Shown one piece after another: positions 1 to 10,514 of a stretch of DNA of 64,000 nt. A program made the position numbers and the translations under genes. The notes beneath the pieces are model-generated. The model worked only from the letters and a program-made list of their open reading frames with translations. It was not told the DNA's origin and made no database searches. The DNA comes from Trichomonas gallinae (taxonomy: Eukaryota): positions 1 through 64,000 of the forward strand of contig MRSU01002690.1 in NCBI GenBank assembly GCA_008369845.1. The letters run 5' to 3'. Within the stretch, counting starts at the first letter, position 1. Each line of letters begins with the position of its first letter.

Positions 1-440
1 TTACCACCATCTAACTAATAATCGTTTTCCCCTCAAATTATTTGGGGGGACTGCAAACTGTGGCAAAACTGGGTAATATAAATTCTATACACATAGGAGG
101 CTTTAGAGGATATCCAAACTTAGAAACAGTTAATATATTCGGTGATGCTATTTCACTATTAAGTAATTCGTTTTCACAATGTAAAAACCTTCAAATGCTC
201 ACCATTAACTGTGGAGATTTAAATATTGAAAAAATTGTGCATTTAGTTATTGTATAAACCTTTCAAATGTTTCTATTTTATGTCTGAACGCGATGTTATA
301 CTTAACCAATGTGCATTTTCAGGATGCTCATCTTTATAGAGATTCGTGATTTCTGATAGATTAAGCTATGAAATTGTGTATTTTCTGAGAAAAACTTTAG
401 TTCAAATTGACATTAAAAACATGAATATTCAGATATCTGA
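1..440 (+). pseudogene. Degenerate BspA-like (TpLRR/LRR_5) gene remnant, truncated by the window start
   Basis: LRR_5-like fragments lie in different frames with stops: LPPS (1-12), GGFRGYPNLETVNI and NSFSQCKNLQMLTI (ORF 42-257), VILNQCAFSGCSSL* (295-339). A further fragment, FMDCSSLEKI, lies near 1275. Confidence 0.6.
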
Positions 441-1392
441 ATAATTAATATATGCCGACGCTTGTGAGTATTGATAAGGGCTTTCCGAAAGTTTTCGATC
501 TGTACACGATGATGAAGGAGCTCACAAGTCCATAACTGTTCGAACATGGTTTGTAAATATTATTCTTCCTTCAGTAAGACAAAGAAATCATAGAATCAAA
601 CTCTTGAAACCCTGAAACGAAGGCGTTCAATACTTAGCGAAAGTCACTGCTACATTGAACAGTAACATATTATACCAACACTAATGCAAATGATCCGTGC
701 GATTTGTCCGTCATGAAAGGCAGAATATTCGAGAACCGTGGATTTATACTCTTCGTAAATTTAGCCACATATGATTTCTTCTTGCGCATTGCACTCTCTT
801 CGTTCTACATACTGCACAGCAATTTTTCGTGCTCTAAAGTATTCTTGTGCTGCCTGATGGTGTCATTTATATTTCAGACTCCTCGGTCGTTGAATGAAAC
901 AGTAATTAATGCTAAAAGGTTGATTTAAAGGAAAGTAATTATCAATCGCGCTTCAGTATTTTCTCATTATCTTAAGGATGTCATTGCTTGCTTACTAAAA
1001 CCAGACGTCGCCAAACAAAGTGGAGGTGAATTGTTTGTTAATAATAAGTTTTGATGTAAATATAAATCTTGATCATATTATTTTTCAAACTATCAAGTGC
1101 TCTCATTATTCAGTAAAGTTTTAGAGCTGTAAAGCACAATTTTACATTAATTTTTATTGAATCATGTATAACTTTCTTTCAATTTTGAGAATCAAATCAA
1201 TAAATAAAAAATCAGATTTAAAACATGTTTTATATTTGTAAATCAGTTCCTTATGACTCTGGATCTTAAGATTGTTCATGGATTGTTCCTCATTGGAGAA
1301 AATTAGTCAAAACCTCGATAATTCTTCCTTAAGAGTTATAACAATTAGAAAAAGGCCCAAATTTTGGTTAAAACAAATCATTTTTATTATTG

Positions 1393-2463
1393 ATGAAAAT
1401 TCGTTTCAAGATTTCATTATTTATAACGATTGTATTTGGGTTAATGATCATTAAAAACATCAATCCTATGTTATCAATATATAGGCAGCCAAATGTTGTT
1501 GGAAATCATCAACTTTCGATTTATATTCAAGAAATAAATCCAAAATATAATGAAAATTTGATTAAAGACAAATGCAGTTTCTGTAACTGCACAGATTATC
1601 ATCAAGTTGGCCTCGAACCACTAATCCACTGCTTAATTTCAAAATCAAAGTATAGAACTGACTCTATTGACAATGCCACATTCATATTCGTTCCTTTCTA
1701 TACATCGTTGTTTAGAAGAGAGCATGAGCCAATCAATATACCAGAAGAAATAAAAAATTCTTTCGAATTCAAAACCTGGGTTGGTTCACGGCATTTAACT
1801 GTTGATTCATCTTTGTTTGCTGGCAGTGACAATAGTTTTATGAATTATGATGACGAACACGTTGCGATTATATCAAATATGACTATTAAACAAATAAGAA
1901 CGAAAAGATGGATGAAATCGAGGAATATACAAGTTCCTCCTCTGCAGCTACATGATGAATATCCAAAAAAAATTAAGACTAACAATATAGCTTTCATAGG
2001 AAATAGTGATAATTTAAATTTTTCGAACGCAAAGATCTTAAATGAGTCTGATGACGTCATAGACGAAATATGCTCTTCAAACTTCACTATTTTAAGACCG
2101 AATAATGTATATTTTCCGTATTTCATTTATGAAATTCTAAGATGCAGATCAATTCCTATCCTTATTTCCGATCCATTTTTACCAGCATATGCTAATACAC
2201 ATATAGATTACGGGAAATTATCAATGAGAATCCCCTTAAGTAACATTTCTACGCTTCATCAAAGAATTCAAAATTTCGATGTTGAAAAAGGATTGAAATA
2301 CATAGATGAAATCTATAGGCATTTGATGTGGCCACTTGATGGGATTGTGAAGAGTGGTGATGCAGCTGATATTATGTTTGATTATTTGCAAATTCGAGAT
2401 TTAGTTCTGAAGCCGGTTTTAAGAAGGAAGTTCATTGGATCTGATAGATATATCGAGACATAA
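1393..2463 (+). CDS. Exostosin family (GT47) glycosyltransferase-like type II membrane protein
   Basis: N-terminal signal anchor (ISLFITIVFGLMII); IFVPFY and RHL motifs; YEILRCRSIPILISDPFLPAYANTHIDY matches the exostosin EA..GC.PV.ISD...LPF...LDW pattern. First ATG at 1393. Confidence 0.75.
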   Translation: MKIRFKISLFITIVFGLMIIKNINPMLSIYRQPNVVGNHQLSIYIQEINPKYNENLIKDKCSFCNCTDYHQVGLEPLIHCLISKSKYRTDSIDNATFIFVPFYTSLFRREHEPINIPEEIKNSFEFKTWVGSRHLTVDSSLFAGSDNSFMNYDDEHVAIISNMTIKQIRTKRWMKSRNIQVPPLQLHDEYPKKIKTNNIAFIGNSDNLNFSNAKILNESDDVIDEICSSNFTILRPNNVYFPYFIYEILRCRSIPILISDPFLPAYANTHIDYGKLSMRIPLSNISTLHQRIQNFDVEKGLKYIDEIYRHLMWPLDGIVKSGDAADIMFDYLQIRDLVLKPVLRRKFIGSDRYIET

Positions 2464-2948
2464 TTGTTGTTAACTATTTACTTTCTTATCAAATCTAGTT
2501 TATCTTCAAAATTTTTAAAATGAATTAGAAGCATCTTCATATTACTAGGAATATATCAACATCATGATGTTGTTGATTATCCTGCGTTCAAATTGCATTG
2601 ATTGAAAAATCATCTTAAGAATTCAAAATGTTTTCAAATCGTCCAATGTTGATATCAGGATCAGTATATATATGAATAAGAATGATGCAAAATAGACTTA
2701 ATACTAATGGATTCTTATTTTCATTTTTTTCGAAAATTATATATTTTTAATTTAAAAACATAGATAATATATTTATTATAAACATATGTTTTAAAAAGAT
2801 TTAATTATAATAAGAGTCATTCAAATCGAAATAATAAGTAAATTTTATATAGAATTGGGAATTGCATAATTTTTATCAATAAACATCTCCACTTGCATGA
2901 ATATTATATATTTGTTCATTATGATTAAAGATAATATGGTATAAAAAC

Positions 2949-3102
2949 CCCTGTTGAATTTTATCAGACCCTCTTAAATTTAATAAATAAAATCTAGCAG
3001 GGTATGTTAATATTTAGCAGGGTCCAATAAAACTTAACAGGGTCTGATCAACATCAAGAGGGTTAAGTGAAATATAAGAGGGTCTGATAAAATTTAGCAG
3101 GG
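2949..3102. repeat. Array of 20-bp units with an AGGG core: 2 inverted and 6 direct copies; the outer units form an inverted repeat of about 33 bp
   Basis: (C/G)AGGG starts at 2998, 3018, 3038, 3058, 3078 and 3098; CCCT at 2949 and 2969. 2949-2976 is the reverse complement of 3075-3102 at 26/28. Confidence 0.9.
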
Positions 3103-3135
3103 AGATGTAAACTAATTAAAAATCTAATCATAAAA

Positions 3136-4305
3136 ATGTTTGGATTTCTTTGTGCGTTGACTTACAGCTTCAACCTTACAAGCAAAGATGTTCCGTTTTT
3201 GTTTGGTAGCTTGGAACATAATCCATTTATGGCTGTTCTCGTATCAGATTGGTGTCCACATTGTATTTTACACCAGGAATTATTCGATAAACTCGAAGAA
3301 AAATATGCTGATGATGATAGATTTTCTCTTGTGCGTGTAAATTGCGATAATTTTCAGAAGATATGTCAATCTTTTCCTGATACATCTACTCCTGGTTTGT
3401 ATTGGGTTCACTCCACGCCTGATAAAGCCGAAGGATACTATGGTGTCATTGATTTTGGTAATGTTGTTTCCTTCATCGAAAAGCACGCTGGACAAACAAT
3501 CTTAAATGTTCAAACAAACGAAGAATACAAACAGTTGCTTAAAGATTACGACGAAAATTCTATCTTTGTATACCAGAAATCTGAAGAAAATGATGTTACA
3601 CCATTAATTGTTGATATCGCTCAATATTTTAGGAATTATCCTTGTTTATTTGCAATCTTGAATTTCACGCTTGATTCTTCAACGAAATCGAATGTTTTGT
3701 TCAATATTGCTCCAAGTTTCAAATCGACAAATAAATTTACGGGCAATTTCAATAAAGACAACCTTGAATCATTCATAAATAAGTTTGTTTTCCCTCCAAT
3801 TTCGCCAGTATCTGCATTATTCTTCGATCATGCAAAAAATAACAATTACACAGTTTTACTCTTAGCAGATGAGGAGCCATCATTCAAAGATGGTTTTACA
3901 TCGATGATACTTGAAAATAACATGGAAATGAGGGCTACACATTTGAAATGCGAATTTGTTCGAAATCTCTGCTTACAATTAATGATCAAAATCGGTTTTG
4001 GCCCACAAGTAATTATGTATAATCCTAATAAGAACTTCAACTGGTATTATAAAGATGATTTAGTTGCAAATGATATTATTGAGTGGATTAACAAAGTCCA
4101 GAACGGTAAAATTAGAGCAGCTGGCGCCGGAGGTGGCTTCATTGGCTTCATAATGAATCTCGCTGACGATTTCAGGAGAAAAGGAATTGCAGCACTGGCG
4201 TTATTTGTTTCAATATTTGCTGTTTTTATAATGATATTCGTTATAGGATGCGCTCAATCAGTATATGATCGCCGACGCAGAATGTTATATAGAAAACTTC
4301 AATAA
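3136..4305 (+). CDS. ER thioredoxin/PDI-family membrane protein (TMX3-like architecture)
   Basis: Signal peptide, WCPHC active site, additional inactive Trx-like segments, C-terminal TM helix (IAALALFVSIFAVFIMIFVIG), basic tail ending RKLQ (dilysine-like). Confidence 0.8.
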   Translation: MFGFLCALTYSFNLTSKDVPFLFGSLEHNPFMAVLVSDWCPHCILHQELFDKLEEKYADDDRFSLVRVNCDNFQKICQSFPDTSTPGLYWVHSTPDKAEGYYGVIDFGNVVSFIEKHAGQTILNVQTNEEYKQLLKDYDENSIFVYQKSEENDVTPLIVDIAQYFRNYPCLFAILNFTLDSSTKSNVLFNIAPSFKSTNKFTGNFNKDNLESFINKFVFPPISPVSALFFDHAKNNNYTVLLLADEEPSFKDGFTSMILENNMEMRATHLKCEFVRNLCLQLMIKIGFGPQVIMYNPNKNFNWYYKDDLVANDIIEWINKVQNGKIRAAGAGGGFIGFIMNLADDFRRKGIAALALFVSIFAVFIMIFVIGCAQSVYDRRRRMLYRKLQ

Positions 4306-4454
4306 TAATATATATATATATTGTTGTTTGATTAAAATTTTTCTGTCTTTAATTGTAATAACATGACAGAAAACAAAGAGTTTATGATATTTCTCAAATA
4401 TAGCGGAAGCTGCAACCAATTCTAATCAAAAATTAAGTAAATGTCCCTCGTTTC

Positions 4455-4535
4455 GAGGAGGATATAGTTAAAACTGGGCTTCTTTTCTAGTCCGAGATGA
4501 GGAGGATAATGTCAAAACGGGGCTTCCTTTCTAGT
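4455..4535. repeat. Tandem duplication with 44-bp period overlapping the stop codon of the 4531-5544 gene
   Basis: GAGGAGGATATAGTTAAAACTGGGCTTCTTTTCTAGT (4455-4491) vs GAGGAGGATAATGTCAAAACGGGGCTTCCTTTCTAGT (4499-4535), 32/37 identical. Confidence 0.8.
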
Positions 4536-5544
4536 TTACAACAAGTCGGGATAAACTAGCAGTGTCTAATGCATAGATTTCATGTTGCTTCAGTGATTGC
4601 TCAGATGCTTTGAATAACTTTTCTTTGTAATGTTCACTAGAGCGATTGATAACATCGATAATTGTTGTTTTCAATAGGTTTGGGGTATCTTTGCATGTAA
4701 GCATTTGAACAAAGTTGGCCGGGATGATCTTGAAGTGTCGTACAACTTCATGCTTAACATATGAATTCAAATCATCGAAGTAATCAATAATCATGTGTAA
4801 AAGGACATTATCTGTTTTGTGGCTTTGGATTTCTTTTGAGCAGATATCAAAGATTCTGCGGGCCTGTGTTGGAGATGCTGAAGATGAGGTCGCGTATGCA
4901 AATAAGCTATAGAAGTGTAAATGGATCCAGTTATTGATATCGAATGAGATATACCCGGAAATTAAATTAAGTTCAAAGATAAAGTTAAGCATGTCTGGGT
5001 TGAGCTTTCCTTCTGGAAACATAATGAAATCAAGGTCATTGTTATTGATTGTGAGCACTGGGACACGACTCATCAAAATTGTGAATAAAAAGTTCATGTT
5101 GACAATGTTAAGATTCTCCATTATCTTATCAATGCAATCACGGCAGCAATCAACAAACGGGACATCATAATTCTCTGTTCTGCTAATAAACTTTAAAGTC
5201 GATTTGATTAATGCATCAGTACTTTGCAAAGTGATGACGGCAGCATCTTTGGAATGTTCGATAACACCTCTGATGTATTCACAGAAAGCTTCACTATTGG
5301 CAAATATTTCCCCAAAGAATGTTGATGCGCTCATTATCGTTGTAAAGGAGCAAGAGATGGATTTAGATTCCATAGACCTGGTAATTGCATCAAGGATTTT
5401 GGGTATATTGGCTTCATTTTTGAAAAATCTTTTCATCTCAACAGGAATTGCCCCTGTAATGAATCCACGAATATTCTTGATGTCGCAGATATATTCGCTT
5501 AACTCACGGCTAAAGTCTATGCCGGTGAAAAGCAACTGCTCCAT
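4531..5544 (-). CDS. Hypothetical helical protein
   Basis: Long ORF with coding-like composition; first ATG at 5544 (MEQLLF). No family recognised. Confidence 0.6.
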   Translation of the reverse strand: MEQLLFTGIDFSRELSEYICDIKNIRGFITGAIPVEMKRFFKNEANIPKILDAITRSMESKSISCSFTTIMSASTFFGEIFANSEAFCEYIRGVIEHSKDAAVITLQSTDALIKSTLKFISRTENYDVPFVDCCRDCIDKIMENLNIVNMNFLFTILMSRVPVLTINNNDLDFIMFPEGKLNPDMLNFIFELNLISGYISFDINNWIHLHFYSLFAYATSSSASPTQARRIFDICSKEIQSHKTDNVLLHMIIDYFDDLNSYVKHEVVRHFKIIPANFVQMLTCKDTPNLLKTTIIDVINRSSEHYKEKLFKASEQSLKQHEIYALDTASLSRLVVN

Positions 5545-6574
5545 CAACAAAATGAAGTAAAACAGTTAGTCGAAAATTTTTTATCATCCGATTTCAAAAA
5601 ATAAGACGAAAATATGGGACTGTACATGATGTAAAATGCAATGCTTTAAAAAAAGAGCTTGATAATAGTCAAAAAAAAAAAATCACCAGCACTACGATTA
5701 TTTTCAGTTCAAAATTGAAGGTTTCGGAAATGAAAATAATCATATAGCACATAATTTTGCTACATTATTGGTGTGCTTTCGCGCCCGTTTAATCACAATT
5801 ACGATTATTTTCAATTCAAATTTTTGGTAATTTCATTGTCACAAACCCTGCAATTTAACATGCCACTATGTTGATACTAACTTTGACACACGGTCAATAG
5901 TTTACATTTGACTATTTCGAAGATATGAACACTTTTTTCAAAAAAAATGGAATTTTTTTTTTTGTATTGTTTTGTTTTATTGAAAAGTGGCATTCAGCTT
6001 TTTAGGGCTTGTTTGGTCGCTCTCGAGAATCATAAATATGATATTTAAAAAAAAATCTTGAAACTTCACAAATAAGCTCAAATTAACTTGATATGATTTG
6101 CAATTACATCATATTCCAATAGCACTGCTGCATTGGAAATGTATGATTTAAATAAAAAGACTTGAATAATCTGGATTAATTACATTAAATTTCGAAATAA
6201 TATAATATCTATTGTTAGCTATGTTATAGTATTGGCCTTATATGTGTTAAACTGAGATTTTCGCACCATTTTATCGAGTTCCATGTTAATTTTTGTAAAT
6301 ATTCATTTTGACAAACTTGTTTTTATTCTTGATTTTTTTGGGAACTTATGTTTTTTGTCTAAAAAGTCTTTAAATATCGAACTTTTATCTATATAAATTG
6401 GATTGATTTTAAATATTGATTATTAGTATAAGAAAATTATTTTTATAAACTTGATGATTTGAGAATCTTTTGATCATTATTTTTTTAATTAGAAATTATT
6501 AATGTAATATGTGCTTTATATCTAAATATGATAAACTTATTGAATAAAAATCAAAATTCGCATATTTAGATATA

Positions 6575-6582
6575 AAAGTGAC
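6575..6582 (+). promoter_or_regulatory. AAAGTGAC element just upstream of the ATG (M2-like Trichomonas upstream motif)
   Basis: The same octamer occurs in sense orientation shortly before starts at 13129-13136(-), 29196, 29254, 29272, 38960, 39014 and 44326-44333(-). The match to the published T. vaginalis M2 motif is from recollection. Confidence 0.6.
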
Positions 6583-6599
6583 ACCTAAATAGCAAAGTG

Positions 6600-6953
6600 A
6601 TGACTGCTCCACCAGTAAATATTAGAGAAATTGAGGAGGCAAGCAAGAAGATCGAATTGCTTCGTACAAAGCTCCAATCTCTCAACGAGCAGCGTGGCCA
6701 GGCCTTCTTCCAGCAGAGAGAATGCCAACTCGTCCAGGAAGAATTAAAGGAACTCGATGACACAGATGTCATCATGAAGCTTTCTGGCCCAACACTCATT
6801 AAATCTGACCTTCCATCTGCTAAAGATAATGTTAACCAGCGTCTTCAATTCATCGAAGGTCAAATCAAAAATATCGACAAGCAAATCGAAGAAGCAAACT
6901 TAGAACTTAATAAGGCTGAGGATGTTCTTCGTAGAATCGGTAATGGACAATAA
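6600..6953 (+). CDS. PFDN6: Prefoldin beta subunit 6 (KE2/Yke2)
   Basis: ECQLVQEELKELDDTDVIMKLSGPTLIKSDLPSAKDNVNQRLQFIEGQIK matches the PFD6 EN..V.EEL....VYKL.GP.L.K..L.EA...V.KRL.FI..EIK pattern; coiled coils on both sides. Confidence 0.85.
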   Translation: MTAPPVNIREIEEASKKIELLRTKLQSLNEQRGQAFFQQRECQLVQEELKELDDTDVIMKLSGPTLIKSDLPSAKDNVNQRLQFIEGQIKNIDKQIEEANLELNKAEDVLRRIGNGQ

Positions 6954-7643
6954 ATATAAATTTATATTATAATTTTACAGAAACAAACCGAAATATATCA
7001 TCTTTCAACATCTCGATATTGATACTAAAAAGTTACATATATTAAGTGAACTTGAATTTTAAGTGGTCAGGTGAATATATCAAATAAGTAACAAACTTAC
7101 TGTGAAAATGTGATGGCAAAGCATGTCACAGTTTTCTGACTGCAGAATCAGGTATAGAAAATAATTCTTGTCTGTGTTTTGCTGATATTTTTCAAAAATT
7201 TTTTAATTTTGAGTTTATGCTATTATCTCGTAAGATTATATTTATATCAAACAACTATATATATTTTTGTTCAGTATATTGTGAAAGATTCAAATGGACA
7301 TTATCGAAGAAAATATTAATTTAATTTAGCTCGATACATTGTGTATATCTCTGTTTATACTATTAAAATTTTTGTTTTAACTACATCAATTAGATAATTA
7401 TATATTTGATTCAACGCAAATTTAATATATTTGTTTTAAACACTATATTTTAATATTTGTACATTCATATTGATTTTAATGAATTTATACTAAAACAATC
7501 ATATCTATATTTTGATGCAATGTGTTAACAAAATCAAATTCTTTAATCAATGTTCGTGTTTTGTTGATTTAGAAATGTTTACAATTTTAATTCTATTTTT
7601 ATGACTAAAAATGATTTATTTCTCTAAACAATATTAACAAACT

Positions 7644-9014
7644 TTATTTATTATTAGCGTATATTAAAACGCCAGCGATTAATATAAATAAAACAGCAAA
7701 AACATTGATAATGTTGATCTTCTGTGCAGATGAACTGATACTAAACTGATTATTATGCATCCTTCCATTACGATTTAACACAACATTTGGAAGTGGCATT
7801 GAAATAAGCGTATTCATGGCTTTATTGCGTGCTATAATTGCATCCCAGTCCTTCTTTGTTACATTTATTGGTGTTTTGATCAATAATGACGCTTGCCACA
7901 AAAATCCCCAAATGCAAGTGTTTCTCGCTTTATCTTGCTTCTTATTGTAGTCAACTATCTTCCTGCATATGTCTGTTCGCGAAATAAGCTCTGTAAACGG
8001 TGCTGGAAAGATTGTAAGAATTTCATATAATCTAAGGACAATGTTGTGCAAAAATGAATTTGTTTGATATGTAAATACATCATTTGTGAGCTTTTCTGTC
8101 ATTATAGCAGCCTTTGGGAAGAATTGGCGCTGCTCATCAAGATAAATTATTATTATTTCGCATAATGCTTTGCTTATCGGTTCAAATTTAGTTCTACTAA
8201 TAATAAAATCGCATATTTCTGGTATCCGATCATCTACAAGGAACTGAATCGTCCGCCAAGTGGACTCATTTGGATACCGATATGATTCCTGATATAAATA
8301 GCTAACGAATTCTGCTAAATGGTGATAATATTCTTTCAGAGACAAGTCAATCATGCGTGGAATCATGTTATTGTGGATAATTGCCGTAGAACACTGCCTC
8401 ACATATCTTTCCATGAGAGTTTTGAATAACATTATGCAGTGCATCGATAATGTATTGTTGTCTGTAATGTATGTTGCTATAATTGATGCTATATTGATCT
8501 GAGACAAGAAAATTTCAATTGAAACCCCACGCGAATTGAAAACACTCTTCATGAACATGAGCGCTTCGTATATGTCGCAAACCTGAATGATTGATTCGAA
8601 GAAATCGCGATTTAAAAAGAGATGAGAAATTTCAGAATTGTTATCTGAGATAAAAGCAGGCAAATACTGGAAGTATCGGGTGACTGAAGGTGGATGGTAG
8701 ATTTTTATTGTCTTAGGATACTCGATTATGTAATTCACAAATTTCGTATTTTTAATTAAGGCATTTTTCATGTCTGGATTTGATGCTGCTAGGATTTTTA
8801 GAGCGAAAGTAACTTCCCTGGTTTCTCTAACTGATTGTTCGAATACATAATGCAAAATCTGATCAAAATTTTTAACAACGTAGTTGACAATTAGTGGATC
8901 TGCTTTAGTCAAACAGCTGAAGTAATCAGAACAGTTAACGAGCGCGTGAAGTTCTGGCTGAAAATTCTCTCTTTCCATGAGTTGTTCAACAGAAAGCCGC
9001 GACTCCTGCGCCAT
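7644..9014 (-). CDS. SAPS/SIT4-associated (PP6 regulatory subunit)-like protein with C-terminal TM helix
   Basis: N-terminal LHALVNCSDYFSCLTKADPLIVNYV; FTYQTNSFLHNIV (SAPS FF.Y.WNNFLH..V); CIWGFLWQAS (GYMGHL..IA); terminal hydrophobic INVFAVLFILIAGVLIYA. First ATG at 9014. Confidence 0.6.
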   Translation of the reverse strand: MAQESRLSVEQLMERENFQPELHALVNCSDYFSCLTKADPLIVNYVVKNFDQILHYVFEQSVRETREVTFALKILAASNPDMKNALIKNTKFVNYIIEYPKTIKIYHPPSVTRYFQYLPAFISDNNSEISHLFLNRDFFESIIQVCDIYEALMFMKSVFNSRGVSIEIFLSQINIASIIATYITDNNTLSMHCIMLFKTLMERYVRQCSTAIIHNNMIPRMIDLSLKEYYHHLAEFVSYLYQESYRYPNESTWRTIQFLVDDRIPEICDFIISRTKFEPISKALCEIIIIYLDEQRQFFPKAAIMTEKLTNDVFTYQTNSFLHNIVLRLYEILTIFPAPFTELISRTDICRKIVDYNKKQDKARNTCIWGFLWQASLLIKTPINVTKKDWDAIIARNKAMNTLISMPLPNVVLNRNGRMHNNQFSISSSAQKINIINVFAVLFILIAGVLIYANNK

Positions 9015-9147
9015 TCTGTTTTGACACTTTACATCGACGACTGCCAAATTTTATTATTTGACTTTTTTCGATAGATTTACATTGTCAAATATAAATTTTA
9101 TTTGTCAAAATTATATTTTAGCCATTGAACATAATTCAAACCATTAC

Positions 9148-9158
9148 TTTACATGTCA
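9148..9158. promoter_or_regulatory. TTTACRYGKCA upstream motif (first of 12 copies seen in the window)
   Basis: Copies at 9148, 17808(rc), 17848(rc), 23622, 23647, 29168(rc), 29228(rc), 47300, 47331, 62356, 62424 and 62491, all in 5' intergenic DNA. Confidence 0.7.
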
Positions 9159-9686
9159 AAAATAAATAAAATTGAAAACAGAAAATAATTACGTCGAATT
9201 TTATGAGATTTTCGTGAAGAAAAATCTGTTGGATTCCTATAAAATTTATCATTATAGGCATACCTATTTATATTCTGAATATAGGGCCAAAACATGTGAG
9301 AATCACCCTACGACTCATAATAGTCAGCTTTCTTGACAATAAACTATAAATTGCTGTTGTAAAGTTGTTTTTTTTGTCATCCATAATTCAAATATTACTT
9401 TACATTGTCAAAACAAAGATATATTGACACTATACATTACAAAAATGATAATTTTTTTTTTTTGAAAATGAATGATTCTCAATATAAAAATTGGCCAATT
9501 CACATTAATAATTATACTACTAAATCCCATGTAGATGGATAACACAAATATTAAACAATATAAGAAATTAGATGATACGATGCTGTACGAATAAAGTGAA
9601 AAATATTTTTTGACAATGTAAAGTGTCAAATGGATGAGAATGACATTTTACAAATGAAATAAAAAATTGACACGACGATAAAATAA

Positions 9687-10190
9687 ATGAGCGTGAACGT
9701 CGAACTTTTTTCCTTGACATATGGTTCGCTCGTTCGTTCCATTGTTACTGAGACAAACAACATCAACGACGCAAACAACAAACTTAGCAAGATTGGCGTA
9801 AATATTGGCAACAGAATTACAGATGATTTTGTCGTCCACGCCGATAAATGCCGCTTCAAATCTCTCAAGGAGGCCTGCGATATGCTCGCTGACTATTCTT
9901 TCAAGACATATCTCGGCATCAACGCTGTTGTCAAGGAGCCTTCCGACAATCGCTGCGTTATTAGCTTCTCAGACAACCCAATTACTCGCTATGTTATCCT
10001 CCCACCAGAATACCAGGGACTTATCTACCTGATGCCGCTTCTCAGCGCAATCAAGACATCTCTCGGCCAGCTTCACTACAACGTCGAAGTCAATCTTATC
10101 AACGACATGCTTCATGGAAAGCCAAGCAACGATATCGAAATTAAGCTGATTGAAATTATGGATGACTTACCACCGGGCGAATATATTTAA
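9687..10190 (+). CDS. BET3: TRAPP complex subunit Bet3 (TRAPPC3)
   Basis: ELFSLTYGSLV, LSKIGVNIGNRITDDF, FKTYLGI, DNPITRYVILP and C-terminal DDLPPGE are hallmark Bet3 motifs. Confidence 0.92.
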   Translation: MSVNVELFSLTYGSLVRSIVTETNNINDANNKLSKIGVNIGNRITDDFVVHADKCRFKSLKEACDMLADYSFKTYLGINAVVKEPSDNRCVISFSDNPITRYVILPPEYQGLIYLMPLLSAIKTSLGQLHYNVEVNLINDMLHGKPSNDIEIKLIEIMDDLPPGEYI

Positions 10191-10514
10191 AATACTTTAT
10201 TCTTTTCTTTTATTGCATGCTTGAAATCGTTTTATATAAACAGATACTGACTACTGAGTATTCAATTATAAATCTCAAAATAAACATAATTTTTATAAAA
10301 ATAATCAAATATCATAGGTTAAATTGCTAAAGAAACAAAGACATAGAAAAGTTAATTCGATAATTTTACAATTTATCTGATTTGGGAAAAGAATTAAAAT
10401 ATTTCATAAATAATTTCATAATTATCATCGAAAATTGGTGAGATTGGCTAAAAAGTCGAAGATAAAAACAATAATGAATTTAAATACAATAAATAAAAAT
10501 CTACAACAAATTTC

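Noticed and set aside
2949..3102. CRISPR-like reading of the periodic array
   Set aside because: The period is only 20 bp with a 4-6 bp constant core and related spacers; eukaryotic context and no cas genes.
5681..6145. 21-bp direct repeat (5693-5713 and 5800-5820) and a small hairpin near 6110-6141 as a possible transposon relic
   Set aside because: No terminal inverted repeats, target-site duplication or transposase fragment could be identified; too little to call.
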